From an uncultured Rickettsiales bacterium (GTDB lineage: Bacteria; Myxococcota_A; UBA796; UBA9615; CAYRNR01), in contig CAYRNR010000028.1 in the NCBI GenBank assembly GCA_964425605.1, positions 2,069 through 66,068 of the forward strand: 64,000 bases of DNA, written 5' to 3'. This document shows positions 25,943 to 36,031 of the stretch, piece by piece. How positions within the stretch are numbered: the first letter of the stretch is position 1; each line of letters begins with the position of its first letter. The notes beneath the pieces were generated by a model. It had not been told where the DNA came from, did not search any database, and worked only from the letters and a program-made list of their open reading frames with translations. The translations under genes were made by a program, and so were the position numbers.

Positions 25943-27048
25943 CGGTTTCTCCGCTCTGCCAGGGCCTCGCACTGGCTGGCCACGTCGTCCCCGGCGGCCG
26001 GGCGGCCGATCTCGGCGGCACACGCGGCCATCCGCGCCAGCGCCTCGGGGTCGTCGGCCAGGGTCTGGATCTCCCTGGCCAGCTTGGATCCGTCCATCTC
26101 ACCGTCGAGGAGCAGCGCGGCTGCCCCCCGGTCGGAGAGGGTGCGGGCGTTGAGTTCCTGGTGGTTGTAGATGGCGTAGGGGAACGGCACGAGGATCGAG
26201 GGCAGGCGGCACACGGTCAGCTCTGCCACGGTCATCGCGCCGGCCCGGCAGACCACCAGATCCGCCCTGGCATACGCCGACGCCATGTCCTCGATGAACG
26301 GCACCACCTGGACGCGGGCCCCGTGCCCGCCGTCCTGGTACGCCTGCCGCACGTCGTCGAGGTCGGCCTCGCCGGTCTGGTGCACCACGGTCATCCGCTC
26401 GACCAACCCCGCGTCCAGGCGCGGCAGGGCCTCGGGCATGGCCGTGTTGATGTGATGCGCCCCCTGGGAGCCCCCGAACACCAGCAGGTGGAAGCCGTCG
26501 CCCCCCGGCGATCGGCGCGCGCTGGCCAGCCGCTCGGCCACGGCGGGTCGGATCGGGTTTCCGGTGTACACGGCCTTGCCCGCGGGGAAATGCTCCTCGG
26601 TCCCCGGAAAGCCCACGAAGACCCGATCCACGAACCGCGCCAGCACCGAGTTGGTGTAGCCGGGCACGCTGTTCTGCTCCATCACCGCCGAAGGGATGCC
26701 CATCATCCAGGCCGCGAGCAGCAACGGCCCCGACGCGTACCCACCCACGCCCACGACCACGTCCGGCTTGACGCGTCCGAGCACGCCCATGCTCTGCATC
26801 AGCGCCATTGGCAGTCGCGCCATGGTGCTCACGCGGGTGACCAGGGACTTGCCCTTGATGCCCGAAACGCTGATGTAGCGGACGTCCAGCTGCTCTCGCT
26901 CCTGGACGCGCGCCTCGATCCCCGCCCGGGTACCGACGAAGACCACCTCGGCGCCCGGGTCACGGGCGAGCACGGCCTCGGAGATGGCCACTCCGCTGAA
27001 GAAGTGGCCCCCCGTGCCGCCGCCGGCGATGACCCAGGTCCTGCTCAC
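25939..27048 (-). CDS. murG: UDP-GlcNAc:lipid I GlcNAc transferase MurG
   Basis: GTG 27048 overlaps the ftsW stop. Starts VSRTWVIAGGGTGGHFFSGVAI. Confidence 0.92.
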   Translation of the reverse strand: MSRTWVIAGGGTGGHFFSGVAISEAVLARDPGAEVVFVGTRAGIEARVQEREQLDVRYISVSGIKGKSLVTRVSTMARLPMALMQSMGVLGRVKPDVVVGVGGYASGPLLLAAWMMGIPSAVMEQNSVPGYTNSVLARFVDRVFVGFPGTEEHFPAGKAVYTGNPIRPAVAERLASARRSPGGDGFHLLVFGGSQGAHHINTAMPEALPRLDAGLVERMTVVHQTGEADLDDVRQAYQDGGHGARVQVVPFIEDMASAYARADLVVCRAGAMTVAELTVCRLPSILVPFPYAIYNHQELNARTLSDRGAAALLLDGEMDGSKLAREIQTLADDPEALARMAACAAEIGRPAAGDDVASQCEALAERRNR

Positions 27049-28232
27049 GAGCGCTCCTCCCGGGATCCACCGACGAGGCCGAACCAGCGCCGCCGGGTGT
27101 CTGCGCGGCTGTTGCCGCGGACGCGCCGGTTCTCCACCAACGCCTGGGACGAGATGTTCAGCAGCACGCCGACCATGAAGAGGTAGGCGACCAGGGACGA
27201 GCCGCCGTAGCTGACGAACGGCAACGTCAGCCCCTTGGTGGGCAGCAGCCCGGTGACGACCATCATGTTGATCACCGCCTGCAGGCCGATGATGAAGGTG
27301 ATGCCCGTGCCCAGCAGCTGTCCGAACAGGTCCGGGGCGCGCCGCGCCACCGACGTGCCGCGGGCGATGAACAGGCCGAAGGCCCCGATGGTCAGGAGCA
27401 CCCCGACCAGGCCGAGCTCCTCGCCGACCACGCTGAAGATGAAGTCCGTGTGCGCGGCGGGCAGGTAGAACAGCTTCTGCGTCCCCGCGCCCAGGCCCAC
27501 GCCGAACAGGCCGCCGCGATGGAACGCGAGCCAGCTCTGGATGATGTGGAACCCCGTGTCCGCCTGATCGGCCCACGGATCCAGGAACGCCAGGAGCCGA
27601 CGGCGCCGGTACTCCGCGCCGATGAGCACCACGAAGGCCAGGGGTGCGGCCACGGCGAAGATCGCCGACAGGTGCAGGATGCGCGTCCCGGCCACGAACA
27701 TCATCGCGAACAGGATGGAGGCCAGCACCGCCGTGGTGCCGAAGTCGGGCTCGAGCAGGATCAGCGCCAGCGCCACCCCCGAGACCATCAGGTGCGGCAG
27801 GATGCCGATGGAGAAGGAGCTGATGTGGTCCTGCTTCTTGGTCAGGGAGTACGCCAGGTAGAGCACCAGGGCGAACTTCGCCACCTCGGAAGGCTGCAGG
27901 TAGAAGTAGCCCAGGTCGATCCAGCGGGTGGCCCCACCCATGGTGCTGCCGATGCCGGGGATGAACACGCCGATCAGCAGCAGCATCACCACGCCCAGCA
28001 GCGGGTAGGTCCAGCGCTTGTACGCCTGGTACGGGATCCTCGCGGCCACGAGCATCACGCCCAGGCCCACGGCCGCGAACAGGATCTGCCGCGTGACGTA
28101 GTAGTGCTCCTGGCCGAAGACGTCTGCGGCGCGGATGCCCGCCGCCGAGTACACCATGACGATGCCCAGGGCCAGCAGGGCCAGCACGCAGCTGAGCAGC
28201 ACGTGATCGACGCGGCGTTGTACCGGCCTCAT
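27045..28232 (-). CDS. ftsW: SEDS-family peptidoglycan polymerase FtsW
   Basis: ATG 28232 overlaps the murD stop (ATGA). Starts MRPVQRRVDHVLLSCVLALLALGIVMVYSA. Polytopic, with FtsW/RodA-like blocks (QPSEVAKF, LPTKGLTLPFVSYGGSS). Confidence 0.92.
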   Translation of the reverse strand: MRPVQRRVDHVLLSCVLALLALGIVMVYSAAGIRAADVFGQEHYYVTRQILFAAVGLGVMLVAARIPYQAYKRWTYPLLGVVMLLLIGVFIPGIGSTMGGATRWIDLGYFYLQPSEVAKFALVLYLAYSLTKKQDHISSFSIGILPHLMVSGVALALILLEPDFGTTAVLASILFAMMFVAGTRILHLSAIFAVAAPLAFVVLIGAEYRRRRLLAFLDPWADQADTGFHIIQSWLAFHRGGLFGVGLGAGTQKLFYLPAAHTDFIFSVVGEELGLVGVLLTIGAFGLFIARGTSVARRAPDLFGQLLGTGITFIIGLQAVINMMVVTGLLPTKGLTLPFVSYGGSSLVAYLFMVGVLLNISSQALVENRRVRGNSRADTRRRWFGLVGGSREERS

Positions 28233-29569
28233 GTCAGGGCCTCCACCAGATCGCGAAAGGTGTCGCCGCGCTGCTCGTAGTCGCGGAACTGGTCGTAGCT
28301 CGAGCAGGCGGGGCTCAGCAGGACCGCGTCGCCGTCGAGGGCCCACTGCCGGGCCACGGACACGGCCGCGGCGAGGTCGTCGACCACGTCGAAGCGGATG
28401 CCCGTGCCGTTCAGAGCCCGGCGGATGATGGACGCGGCCTGGCCGTAGACCACGGCGCCGCGGGCGCCCGCGGCGAGCGCGTCCACCAGGGGGCCGTAGT
28501 CGCCGCCCTTGTCCTTGCCCCCCAGCAGGACCACGGCCGGCCGGCCGATCCCCTCGAGGGTCTTGGCGGCGGACGCCACGTTGGTGGCCTTGCTGTCGTT
28601 GTAGAAGTCCACACCGTCGAGGCTGCGCACCCACTCCATGCGATGGGGCAGCCCGCGCAGCCGCGGCACGGTGGCCTCCATCTCCTCCAGGGAGGCGCCC
28701 ACGGCGCGCGCGCAGAGCATCGCGGCCATGAGGTTCTCGACGTTGTGCGCCCCGGGGACCACGAACCCGTCCAGGGAGACGCGGCCCTCGGCGTCGCGGA
28801 AGACCACGGCGCCGTCCCGCAGGTACGCGCCTGCGCGCCCGTGATCGGAGAGGGAGAACGCTCGCGCGCGCGCGGGACAGCTGGCCGCCATCTCCACGAC
28901 GATGGGATCCGCGGCGTTGTACACCAACGTGTCCGCAGCGGTGAGGTTGGCGAGGATCTGCTCCTTGGCGCGCCGGTACGCGTCGAAGGACGGGTAGCGA
29001 TCCAGGTGGTCCTCGGTGCAGTTGAGCATGGCCGCCACGGTGGGGTGGAACGTGGGCGCCGTCTCCAGCTGGAACGAGCTGACCTCCACCACGGCGACGC
29101 CGGGGGAGCCCTCCATCACGCCCTCGCTGACGGGGAGGCCCAGGTTGCCGCCGACAAAGGGCGCGGCGGCCGCGAGCAACTCACCGGCGAAGGTGGTGGT
29201 CGTGGACTTGCCGTTGGTGCCGGTGATGCCGATGACGGGACACGCCAGCTGGGACACGGCCAGCTCCAGCTCCCCCACGACCGATACGCCCGCGGCCACG
29301 GCCCGCGCCACGTTGGCCTGCTCCAGCGGGATTCCGGGGCTGATCACGATCTGATCGGCGCCGAGGAAGTCGGCGTCTCGATGCTCCCCCAGCACCAGCT
29401 CCACGCCCAGGTCCCGCAGCTCGCCGGCCACGGCCCCGAGCTGCTCGGGGCTGCGCAGATCCGTCGCGATCACCGACGCCCCGAGGTGGGTGCACAGGCG
29501 CACGGCTCCGAGGCCGCTACGGCCCAGACCCATCACCAGTACTCGTCGTCCGCGCAGCTCCACGGTCAC
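28229..29569 (-). CDS. murD: UDP-N-acetylmuramoylalanine--D-glutamate ligase
   Basis: GTG 29569 overlaps the mraY stop (GTGA). Contains VLVMGLGRSGLGAVRL and GITGTNGKSTTTT. Confidence 0.92.
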   Translation of the reverse strand: MTVELRGRRVLVMGLGRSGLGAVRLCTHLGASVIATDLRSPEQLGAVAGELRDLGVELVLGEHRDADFLGADQIVISPGIPLEQANVARAVAAGVSVVGELELAVSQLACPVIGITGTNGKSTTTTFAGELLAAAAPFVGGNLGLPVSEGVMEGSPGVAVVEVSSFQLETAPTFHPTVAAMLNCTEDHLDRYPSFDAYRRAKEQILANLTAADTLVYNAADPIVVEMAASCPARARAFSLSDHGRAGAYLRDGAVVFRDAEGRVSLDGFVVPGAHNVENLMAAMLCARAVGASLEEMEATVPRLRGLPHRMEWVRSLDGVDFYNDSKATNVASAAKTLEGIGRPAVVLLGGKDKGGDYGPLVDALAAGARGAVVYGQAASIIRRALNGTGIRFDVVDDLAAAVSVARQWALDGDAVLLSPACSSYDQFRDYEQRGDTFRDLVEALT

Positions 29570-30639
29570 CTCAGCTTCAGCGTCAGCAGCGACATCAGCG
29601 CCAGCAGGATGGAGATGATCCAGAACCGAACGATGATCTTCGGCTCCTCCCAGCCCGACAGCTCCAGGTGGTGGTGGAACGGCGCCATCTTGAACACCCG
29701 CTTGCGGGTCAGCTTGAAGCTCCCCACCTGGATGATCACCGACAGGCACTCCCACACGAAGATGCCGCCCAGCAGCACCAGCAACAGCTCGTTGCGGGTG
29801 ACCACGGCCACCACCCCGAGGACCCCGCCCAGGGGCAACGATCCCGTGTCCCCCATGAAGACGGACGCCGGGAACGTGTTGAACCACAAGAAGGCCAGCC
29901 CCGCGCCCACCACGGCCACCGCGATGATGCCCAGTTCGCCCGCGCCCTCCACGAACGGCACGTTGAGGTAGGCGGTGTACGTGGCGTTGCCGGCGATGTA
30001 GGCCAGCACGCCCATGGTCAACATGGAGGTCATCACCGGCCCGATGGCCAGGCCGTCCAGCCCGTCGGTGAGGTTGACCGCGTTGGCGGTCCCCACGATG
30101 ACGATGGCCCCGAAGGCCAGGTAGCCGTACCCGAGCTCGATGCTGGCGTCCTTGAAGAAGGGGATCGGCACCGAGGTCTCGAGCAGCCCCATGTTCCACA
30201 GGTAGGCCAGCACGCCCGTGGCGACGACGAACTCGATCATCAGCCGGGTCTTGCCCGACAGCCCGGCCGTGTTGCGCTGCCGGACCTTCTGGAAGTCGTC
30301 CAGGAACCCCACGGCGCCGAAGCCCACCGCCACCGCCAGCACACACCAGACCAGCGGCTGCTCGGGCCGGGCCCACAGCACGGTCGACAGGACGATGGCC
30401 AGGATGATCAGCAGGCCACCCATGGTGGGCGTGCCCGCCTTCTGCAGGTGGGACTGGGGGCCGTCCTCGCGGATCGTCTGCCCGGCGCGCAGCCGCTGCA
30501 GCCACGAGATGAAGCTGGGATAGGCGAACCAGCAGATCACCAGCGAGGTGATCATCGCCGAGGCGTACCTGAACGACAGGTACTGGAACACGTTGAACAC
30601 GATGTGCGTGTCCGAGAACTGTACCAACCAGGTCAGCAC
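29566..30639 (-). CDS. mraY: Phospho-N-acetylmuramoyl-pentapeptide transferase
   Basis: Full-length 357-aa ORF. MraY blocks: KAGTPTMGG, NAVNLTDGLDGLA, MGDTGSL, APFHHH. Confidence 0.95.
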   Translation of the reverse strand: MLTWLVQFSDTHIVFNVFQYLSFRYASAMITSLVICWFAYPSFISWLQRLRAGQTIREDGPQSHLQKAGTPTMGGLLIILAIVLSTVLWARPEQPLVWCVLAVAVGFGAVGFLDDFQKVRQRNTAGLSGKTRLMIEFVVATGVLAYLWNMGLLETSVPIPFFKDASIELGYGYLAFGAIVIVGTANAVNLTDGLDGLAIGPVMTSMLTMGVLAYIAGNATYTAYLNVPFVEGAGELGIIAVAVVGAGLAFLWFNTFPASVFMGDTGSLPLGGVLGVVAVVTRNELLLVLLGGIFVWECLSVIIQVGSFKLTRKRVFKMAPFHHHLELSGWEEPKIIVRFWIISILLALMSLLTLKLR

Positions 30640-32045
30640 GCGATGGTCTCCTTCAAGCCGTTCACGATCCGCTCCATGCGCATGCCCCGTGATCCCTTGA
30701 CCAGCACCCTGTCGCCGGAGCTCAGTTCACTCGAGAGCAGATCCACCACTGCGTCCGCGTCGGCCAGATGCCGCGCGTCCTTCATGCCGCCTTCCACGGC
30801 GCCCTCGACCGTGTGCCGGCTCAGCGGCCCCACCGCCAGCAGCTGGTCCACGCCGAGGCTCGCCGCGGTCTCCCCCACCTGCCGGTGCAGTTCGGGCGAG
30901 GTGATCCCGAGCTCCAGCATGTCCCCGAGCACGGCCCGGCACGCGCCCTCGGCGTCACCGCTCACCAGGGTCTCGAGGGCTGCGGTCACCGAGCGAGGGT
31001 TGGCGTTGTACGAATCGTCGATGACCTGGATCGAGCCCATGCGCACCACGCGCATGCGCCCGCCCGTGGGCCGGATCTCCGACAGCGCCGCGACGGCCTC
31101 GTCCATGGGCACGCCCGCGGACCAGGCCGCTGCCAGGGCCGCGCAGGCGTTGAGCACGTTGTGCCGCCCGGGCAGCGGGACGTGGACCTGGACCTCGGTG
31201 CCGTGCACGTCGATTCGAGCTCGGCTCCCGGCCAGATCCAGGGGCTCCACGTTCAGCACGCGGACGTCGGCCCCCGGGCTCGCGCCGAAGCGGACCTCGC
31301 GGGTGTCCTCGGGGCGGGGGAAGAGGCTTGAGCGAGGGTCGTCCGCGTTGGTGATCAGGAGATCGCCGGGGCGGGCGTCCTCGAACATCTCCCCCTTGGC
31401 CCGGGCCACCGCGTCCAGGTCACCGAAGGACTCCAGGTGCGCCGCGGCCACGTTGGTGATCACCCGGACGGTCGGCTCGCCGATACCGGCCAGGGATCGG
31501 ATCTCCCCCGAGGCGCTCATGCCCATCTCCAGGACCATCCAGCGATGCTCCGGCTTCAGCCGCAGCAGGGTCAGCGGGAGGCCCACCAGGTTGTTGAGGT
31601 TGCCCTCGGTGGCCAGGCCGGGACCGGTCCGCGACAACATCGCCGCCACCATCTCCTTGGTGGTGGTCTTTCCGCTCGATCCCGTCAGCCCCACCACCGG
31701 CACCTCGACGGAGCGCCGGACCCAGCGCGCGAGCTCGCCCAGGGCGGTCAGGGTGTCGGAGACCACGACGCGCATCGCGCCGGCGGGCAGGGGTGTCCGG
31801 GCGACGGGGTGATCCGCGGCCACGAGCACGCCCGCGCCAGGGCGCTCGAGGAGGCCTGGCACGAAGTCGTGGCCGTCGAACCTGTCCCCCTTCAACGCGA
31901 CGAACAGGATCCCGGCGCCGGCCTGGCGGGAGTCGGTGGTGATGCGCCACGGCGACGCACCGACCTCGCCCTCGAAGCTGCCGCTGATGGCCTCGTGCAG
32001 CGCGGACGGTTCGAACCCGTAGGGTGGGGCGAAGGGGTCGCTCAT
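30633..32045 (-). CDS. murF: UDP-MurNAc-tripeptide--D-Ala-D-Ala ligase
   Basis: ATG 32045 overlaps the murE stop (ATGA). Starts MSDPFAPPYGFE. Contains GLTGSSGKTTTKEM. Confidence 0.92.
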   Translation of the reverse strand: MSDPFAPPYGFEPSALHEAISGSFEGEVGASPWRITTDSRQAGAGILFVALKGDRFDGHDFVPGLLERPGAGVLVAADHPVARTPLPAGAMRVVVSDTLTALGELARWVRRSVEVPVVGLTGSSGKTTTKEMVAAMLSRTGPGLATEGNLNNLVGLPLTLLRLKPEHRWMVLEMGMSASGEIRSLAGIGEPTVRVITNVAAAHLESFGDLDAVARAKGEMFEDARPGDLLITNADDPRSSLFPRPEDTREVRFGASPGADVRVLNVEPLDLAGSRARIDVHGTEVQVHVPLPGRHNVLNACAALAAAWSAGVPMDEAVAALSEIRPTGGRMRVVRMGSIQVIDDSYNANPRSVTAALETLVSGDAEGACRAVLGDMLELGITSPELHRQVGETAASLGVDQLLAVGPLSRHTVEGAVEGGMKDARHLADADAVVDLLSSELSSGDRVLVKGSRGMRMERIVNGLKETIAC

Positions 32046-33562
32046 GATCGCCCCCACTGGGCGAGGGCGTCCATCACGACCTGCTGGTCCTCGAACGCCA
32101 CCTCCCTGTCCCCCACGACCTGCACGCGCTCGTGTCCCTTGCCCGCCACCACCACCAGATCCTTCGGTCCTGCCCCCAGGATCGCCGCGTGGATGGCGGC
32201 GCGCCGGTCGGGCTGTACCTCGAAGGCCGTGTCCGTGCGGCGGACGCCGGGCAGGATCTCCTCGATGATCGCGACGGGGTCCTCGCTGCGCGGGTTGTCG
32301 GACGTGACCACGACGCGGTCCGAGCCGCCCGCGGCGGCCTCCCCCATCATGGGTCGTTTGCCCCGATCGCGGTCCCCACCGCAGCCGAACACGGTGACGA
32401 GTTCGCCCTCGACCAGGGGCCGCAGCGCCACGAGCACCCGCTCGAGGGCGTCCGAGGTGTGGGCGTAGTCCACCAGCACCCGCGGCATCGCCGTGTCCCC
32501 GCGCTCCTCCGCGGGCAGCTTCACCGGCTCGAGCCGGCCCGGGATACGCCGCAACGCCCGCACCCCCTTCTCGATGGCCTGCTGGGGGAGCTCGATGGCC
32601 TCCGCGATGCCGATCGCCAGGGCCAGGTTGGCCGCGTTGAAGGAACCGACCAGGGCCGAGTCCACCTCGATCAGCCCCCTCGGGGTGACCATCTCGCCCT
32701 GGATACCGTCCAGATCGAACCGCAGCGACGTGGGATGGATGTCGGTGTCCGCCTCCACCTGGGCCGACACGGTCAGGACGTCGTTCCACAGGCCGGCGAA
32801 GCGGTCGGCCCAGGGATCCTCGGCGTTGACCACGAGGCGCTTGCGCGGCTTGGCGCTGGCGTCGAGCAGCTCCGTGACGATGCGGGACTTGGCCTCGAAG
32901 TAGGCCTCCATGTCCCCGTGGTAGTCCAGGTGATCGCGGGTCAGGTTCGTGAACGCGGCCACGTCCAGGTGGCATCCCACCGCGCGCCCCTGCTCCAGGG
33001 CGTGGGAGCTGACCTCCATGACCACCGACTCCACCCCGGCGTTGCGCATCTCCGCCAGGGACTGCTGGAGCTCGGGCCCGTCCGGGGTCGTGTGGGCAGT
33101 GGGGCGAACCCGGCCGCCGATGCGCACGCCCGTGGTCCCGACGGCGCCGGCCGCGATCCCGGCGCGGCGGAGCATGGACTCCACCAGGTACGTGACGGTG
33201 GTCTTGCCGTTGGTGCCGGTGATCCCCGCCAGGGTCATCCCCAGGGACGGCTCGCCTTGGAACGCCGAGGCGAGGCGAGCGAGGGCGCGGCGCGAGTCCG
33301 GGACGACCAGGTAGGTCACGCCGGCCGGCACCTCGTCCGGGGGGCGCTGGGTCAGGACGGCCGCGGCGCCCGCGGCCACGGCGGCGTCGATGAAGCGGTG
33401 GCCGTCGGTCACCGTGCCCTCGATGGCCGCGAACAGGCTCCCGGGCACCACGTCCCGCGAATCGCAGGTGAGCGACGCGAGGGAGCCCTGGGCGGCGCCG
33501 TGCACCTGCACCCCGTCGAGCAACGCGGCGGCCGCCTCCACGGTCAGGCGCGGCCCGTTCAC
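32042..33562 (-). CDS. murE: UDP-MurNAc-L-Ala-D-Glu--2,6-diaminopimelate ligase
   Basis: 506-aa ORF. Contains GITGTNGKTTVTY and a DNPRSEDP-type motif (TSDNPRSEDP). Confidence 0.93.
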   Translation of the reverse strand: MNGPRLTVEAAAALLDGVQVHGAAQGSLASLTCDSRDVVPGSLFAAIEGTVTDGHRFIDAAVAAGAAAVLTQRPPDEVPAGVTYLVVPDSRRALARLASAFQGEPSLGMTLAGITGTNGKTTVTYLVESMLRRAGIAAGAVGTTGVRIGGRVRPTAHTTPDGPELQQSLAEMRNAGVESVVMEVSSHALEQGRAVGCHLDVAAFTNLTRDHLDYHGDMEAYFEAKSRIVTELLDASAKPRKRLVVNAEDPWADRFAGLWNDVLTVSAQVEADTDIHPTSLRFDLDGIQGEMVTPRGLIEVDSALVGSFNAANLALAIGIAEAIELPQQAIEKGVRALRRIPGRLEPVKLPAEERGDTAMPRVLVDYAHTSDALERVLVALRPLVEGELVTVFGCGGDRDRGKRPMMGEAAAGGSDRVVVTSDNPRSEDPVAIIEEILPGVRRTDTAFEVQPDRRAAIHAAILGAGPKDLVVVAGKGHERVQVVGDREVAFEDQQVVMDALAQWGRS

Positions 33563-35670
33563 GGCGTACCCCCGAACGTCAGCAGGACCCGGTCGCCCTC
33601 CATCAGCGGCGCGCCGGCCAGCGGCGTCTGCTCCACCAGGAATCCGCTGCCCTCGATCTGGAAGGCCACCTCGTGCTCCGCCAGGACGGCGAACGCCGCG
33701 CGCATGGTCAGGCCGCTGAGGTCAGGCATGGCCGCCTGGCCATCCAGATCGTCGGTCAGTTCGTCCACGGAGAGGGCCAGATCGGCCCCCTCGTCCGCCA
33801 TGGCATCCTCCATGACGTCATCCTCCGCGGCCCCGTCCAGCACCTGCGACGCCTCGCCGGCGCCATCGGACTCCTCGGCGAGGGCGTCACCCTCGTCCAC
33901 GGGCTCGATGGGCTCCGGCAGGGGGGGCACCCCCATGTACTGCAGTGTCCTCGAGGCCACCTCCTTGAACACCGGACCGGCCACTGTTCCGCCGTAGTGT
34001 TTGCCCTGGGGCTCGTCCACGACCACCACGACCACCACGTCCGGGTCCTCCAGGGGCGCGAACCCCACGAAGGAGCTGACCCACATGGTCCTGTCGTAGC
34101 GGCCGGTCTGCGAGTTGACCTTCTGGGCGGTCCCCGTCTTGCCGCCACACGAGTACCGCTCCAGCCTCGCGCGCGTCCCCGTGCCCCCCTCTTCCACCAC
34201 CAGGCCCATCATCCGGCGCACCTCGGCGGCCACGTCCTCGTCGAAGCAGCGGTCCACCATCACCGGCTCGCGGGCGTCCACCAGCTGGCCGCCCCGGTCG
34301 CGGACCTCGGCGATGATCCGGGGCTGGTGCAGGGTCCCGCCGTTGGCCACGGCGCTGAGGGCCGCGGCGATCTGGATCCCGGTCACCGAGACCCCCTGGC
34401 CGAAGGCGTGGGTGGCGAGGCCGATGCGCTTCCACGAGCGCCAGCCCCGCAGGATCCCCGAGCCCTCGCCGGCCAGGTCGACGCCCGTGGACCGGCCGAA
34501 CCCGTAGCGGACGTACGCCTCGTGTAGCCGCTCCGCGCCCACCTCCTCGGCGATCTTGGCCGAGCCGATGTTGGACGAGACCTTGATGATCTCGTCCACG
34601 GTCAGGTTCTCGTAGTCGTGGGTGTCGTGGATGGTGTTGCGGCCGATGCGGAAGGCGCCGCGCTCGCAGTCGAACTCGGTCTCGGGCGTGATCAGCCCCA
34701 GGTCGAGCGCCGCGGCGACCAGGAACGGCTTCATGGTCGAGCCGGGCTCGAAGGTGTCGCTGATCCCCCGGTTGCGGTAGCAGCTGCGGTCCACGCTGGC
34801 GAAGTGGTTGGGGTCGAACGACGGGGCGTTGGCGATGGCGAGGAGGTCCCCGCTCTGGGGCTCCATGACCAGCACGAAGGCCCCGGCAGGCCGGTACAGC
34901 TCCACGCAGCGGGCCAGCGCCTCCTCGGCGATGTACTGGATCTGCCGGTCGATGGTCAGCCGGATGGAATGCCCCTCCGTGGACCTGCGGACCACGACGC
35001 CCTGGGGTGTGATGTTTCGCCGCAAGCCGTCGCGCAGCGAGACGTAGGTCTCCTTCTCCCCCATGAGGATCTCGTCGTACCGGGCCTCGAGCCCCTCGAG
35101 GCCGTTTCCGTCGAGGCCCACGAACCCGAGGAGCTGGCCGGCGAACTCGCCGTTGGGGTACCGGCGCTTGGCCTCCGGGGTGGCGCGGACGCCGTCGAGG
35201 TCCAGGTCCTGGACCTGCTGGCTCACCGCGGGGTCCACCTGACGCTGCAACCACACGAAGCGGCGGTCCTTGCCCAGCAGCGCCTCCAGATCGGCGCGAT
35301 CCATGCCGAGCACCGGCGCCAGCGCCTCGGCCGTCGCAGCGGGATCGTCCACCAGGGCGGGATCGGCGAAGATGGAGTCCAGGGTCACGGACACGGCCAG
35401 CTCGCGGCCGTTGCGATCCTGGACCGTGCCCCGCTTGGGGTGCAGCACCACCTGGCTCTCGTACTGGCAGGCGATCCGCTTCTCGAGCTTGGGATCCGGG
35501 ATCACCATGAGCGAGACGGTGCGGTAGCACAGCAGCCCGATGGCCAGGGAGAACAGCACCACCACCGCGGAGGTGCGCCAGTGGACCACCCGGCGTCCGG
35601 CAGCTTTCTGGTGAGGCCCCTTGAGCGTTCGTTGGGGGCGCGCGTGCGTCGAGCGTATGCCCCCGATCAT
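33559..35670 (-). CDS. ftsI: Class B penicillin-binding protein (division transpeptidase)
   Basis: Distal 703 codons of track ORF 33559..35940. Start MIGGIRSTHARPQ at 35670. It has a TM helix, a PBP dimerisation domain, and the motifs STMKP, SSN and KTGTA. Confidence 0.9.
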   Translation of the reverse strand: MIGGIRSTHARPQRTLKGPHQKAAGRRVVHWRTSAVVVLFSLAIGLLCYRTVSLMVIPDPKLEKRIACQYESQVVLHPKRGTVQDRNGRELAVSVTLDSIFADPALVDDPAATAEALAPVLGMDRADLEALLGKDRRFVWLQRQVDPAVSQQVQDLDLDGVRATPEAKRRYPNGEFAGQLLGFVGLDGNGLEGLEARYDEILMGEKETYVSLRDGLRRNITPQGVVVRRSTEGHSIRLTIDRQIQYIAEEALARCVELYRPAGAFVLVMEPQSGDLLAIANAPSFDPNHFASVDRSCYRNRGISDTFEPGSTMKPFLVAAALDLGLITPETEFDCERGAFRIGRNTIHDTHDYENLTVDEIIKVSSNIGSAKIAEEVGAERLHEAYVRYGFGRSTGVDLAGEGSGILRGWRSWKRIGLATHAFGQGVSVTGIQIAAALSAVANGGTLHQPRIIAEVRDRGGQLVDAREPVMVDRCFDEDVAAEVRRMMGLVVEEGGTGTRARLERYSCGGKTGTAQKVNSQTGRYDRTMWVSSFVGFAPLEDPDVVVVVVVDEPQGKHYGGTVAGPVFKEVASRTLQYMGVPPLPEPIEPVDEGDALAEESDGAGEASQVLDGAAEDDVMEDAMADEGADLALSVDELTDDLDGQAAMPDLSGLTMRAAFAVLAEHEVAFQIEGSGFLVEQTPLAGAPLMEGDRVLLTFGGTP

Positions 35671-35677
35671 GACGCCC

Positions 35678-36028
35678 TCACTCGACCCGGCGGACGACGC
35701 CCGGAGCGGGCTCCTGGAGGTGAAGCTCGGCGGCCTTGCCGCTGAGATAGGCGGGCGAACGGAGCTCGGCCAGCTCGGCGCTGAGCAGCCGCTGGGATCG
35801 CTGCAGCTCGGCGCGCTGGCTGCGCAGCTGGTGGACCTCGTAGTTGAGCTGGGTGGTCTCCATCTTGGCCCAGGCCACGAACAGGCCGGCGGCCAGGAGG
35901 TACACCAGCGCGATCCAGGGCAACCATCGGGTCCAGCCACCCCGGGCGGGGCGGTTCGTGGAGCGTGCTACCGCCCCTGATCTCGGGTCTGCTTGTCTGC
36001 GATTCGACCTCTGCGTCATCTCTTCCAT
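35678..36028 (-). CDS. ftsL: FtsL-like cell division protein
   Basis: 116 aa with a single TM helix (WLPWIALVYLLAAGLFVAWA) followed by a coiled coil. Lies between rsmH and ftsI. Confidence 0.75.
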   Translation of the reverse strand: MEEMTQRSNRRQADPRSGAVARSTNRPARGGWTRWLPWIALVYLLAAGLFVAWAKMETTQLNYEVHQLRSQRAELQRSQRLLSAELAELRSPAYLSGKAAELHLQEPAPGVVRRVE

Positions 36029-36031
36029 CCG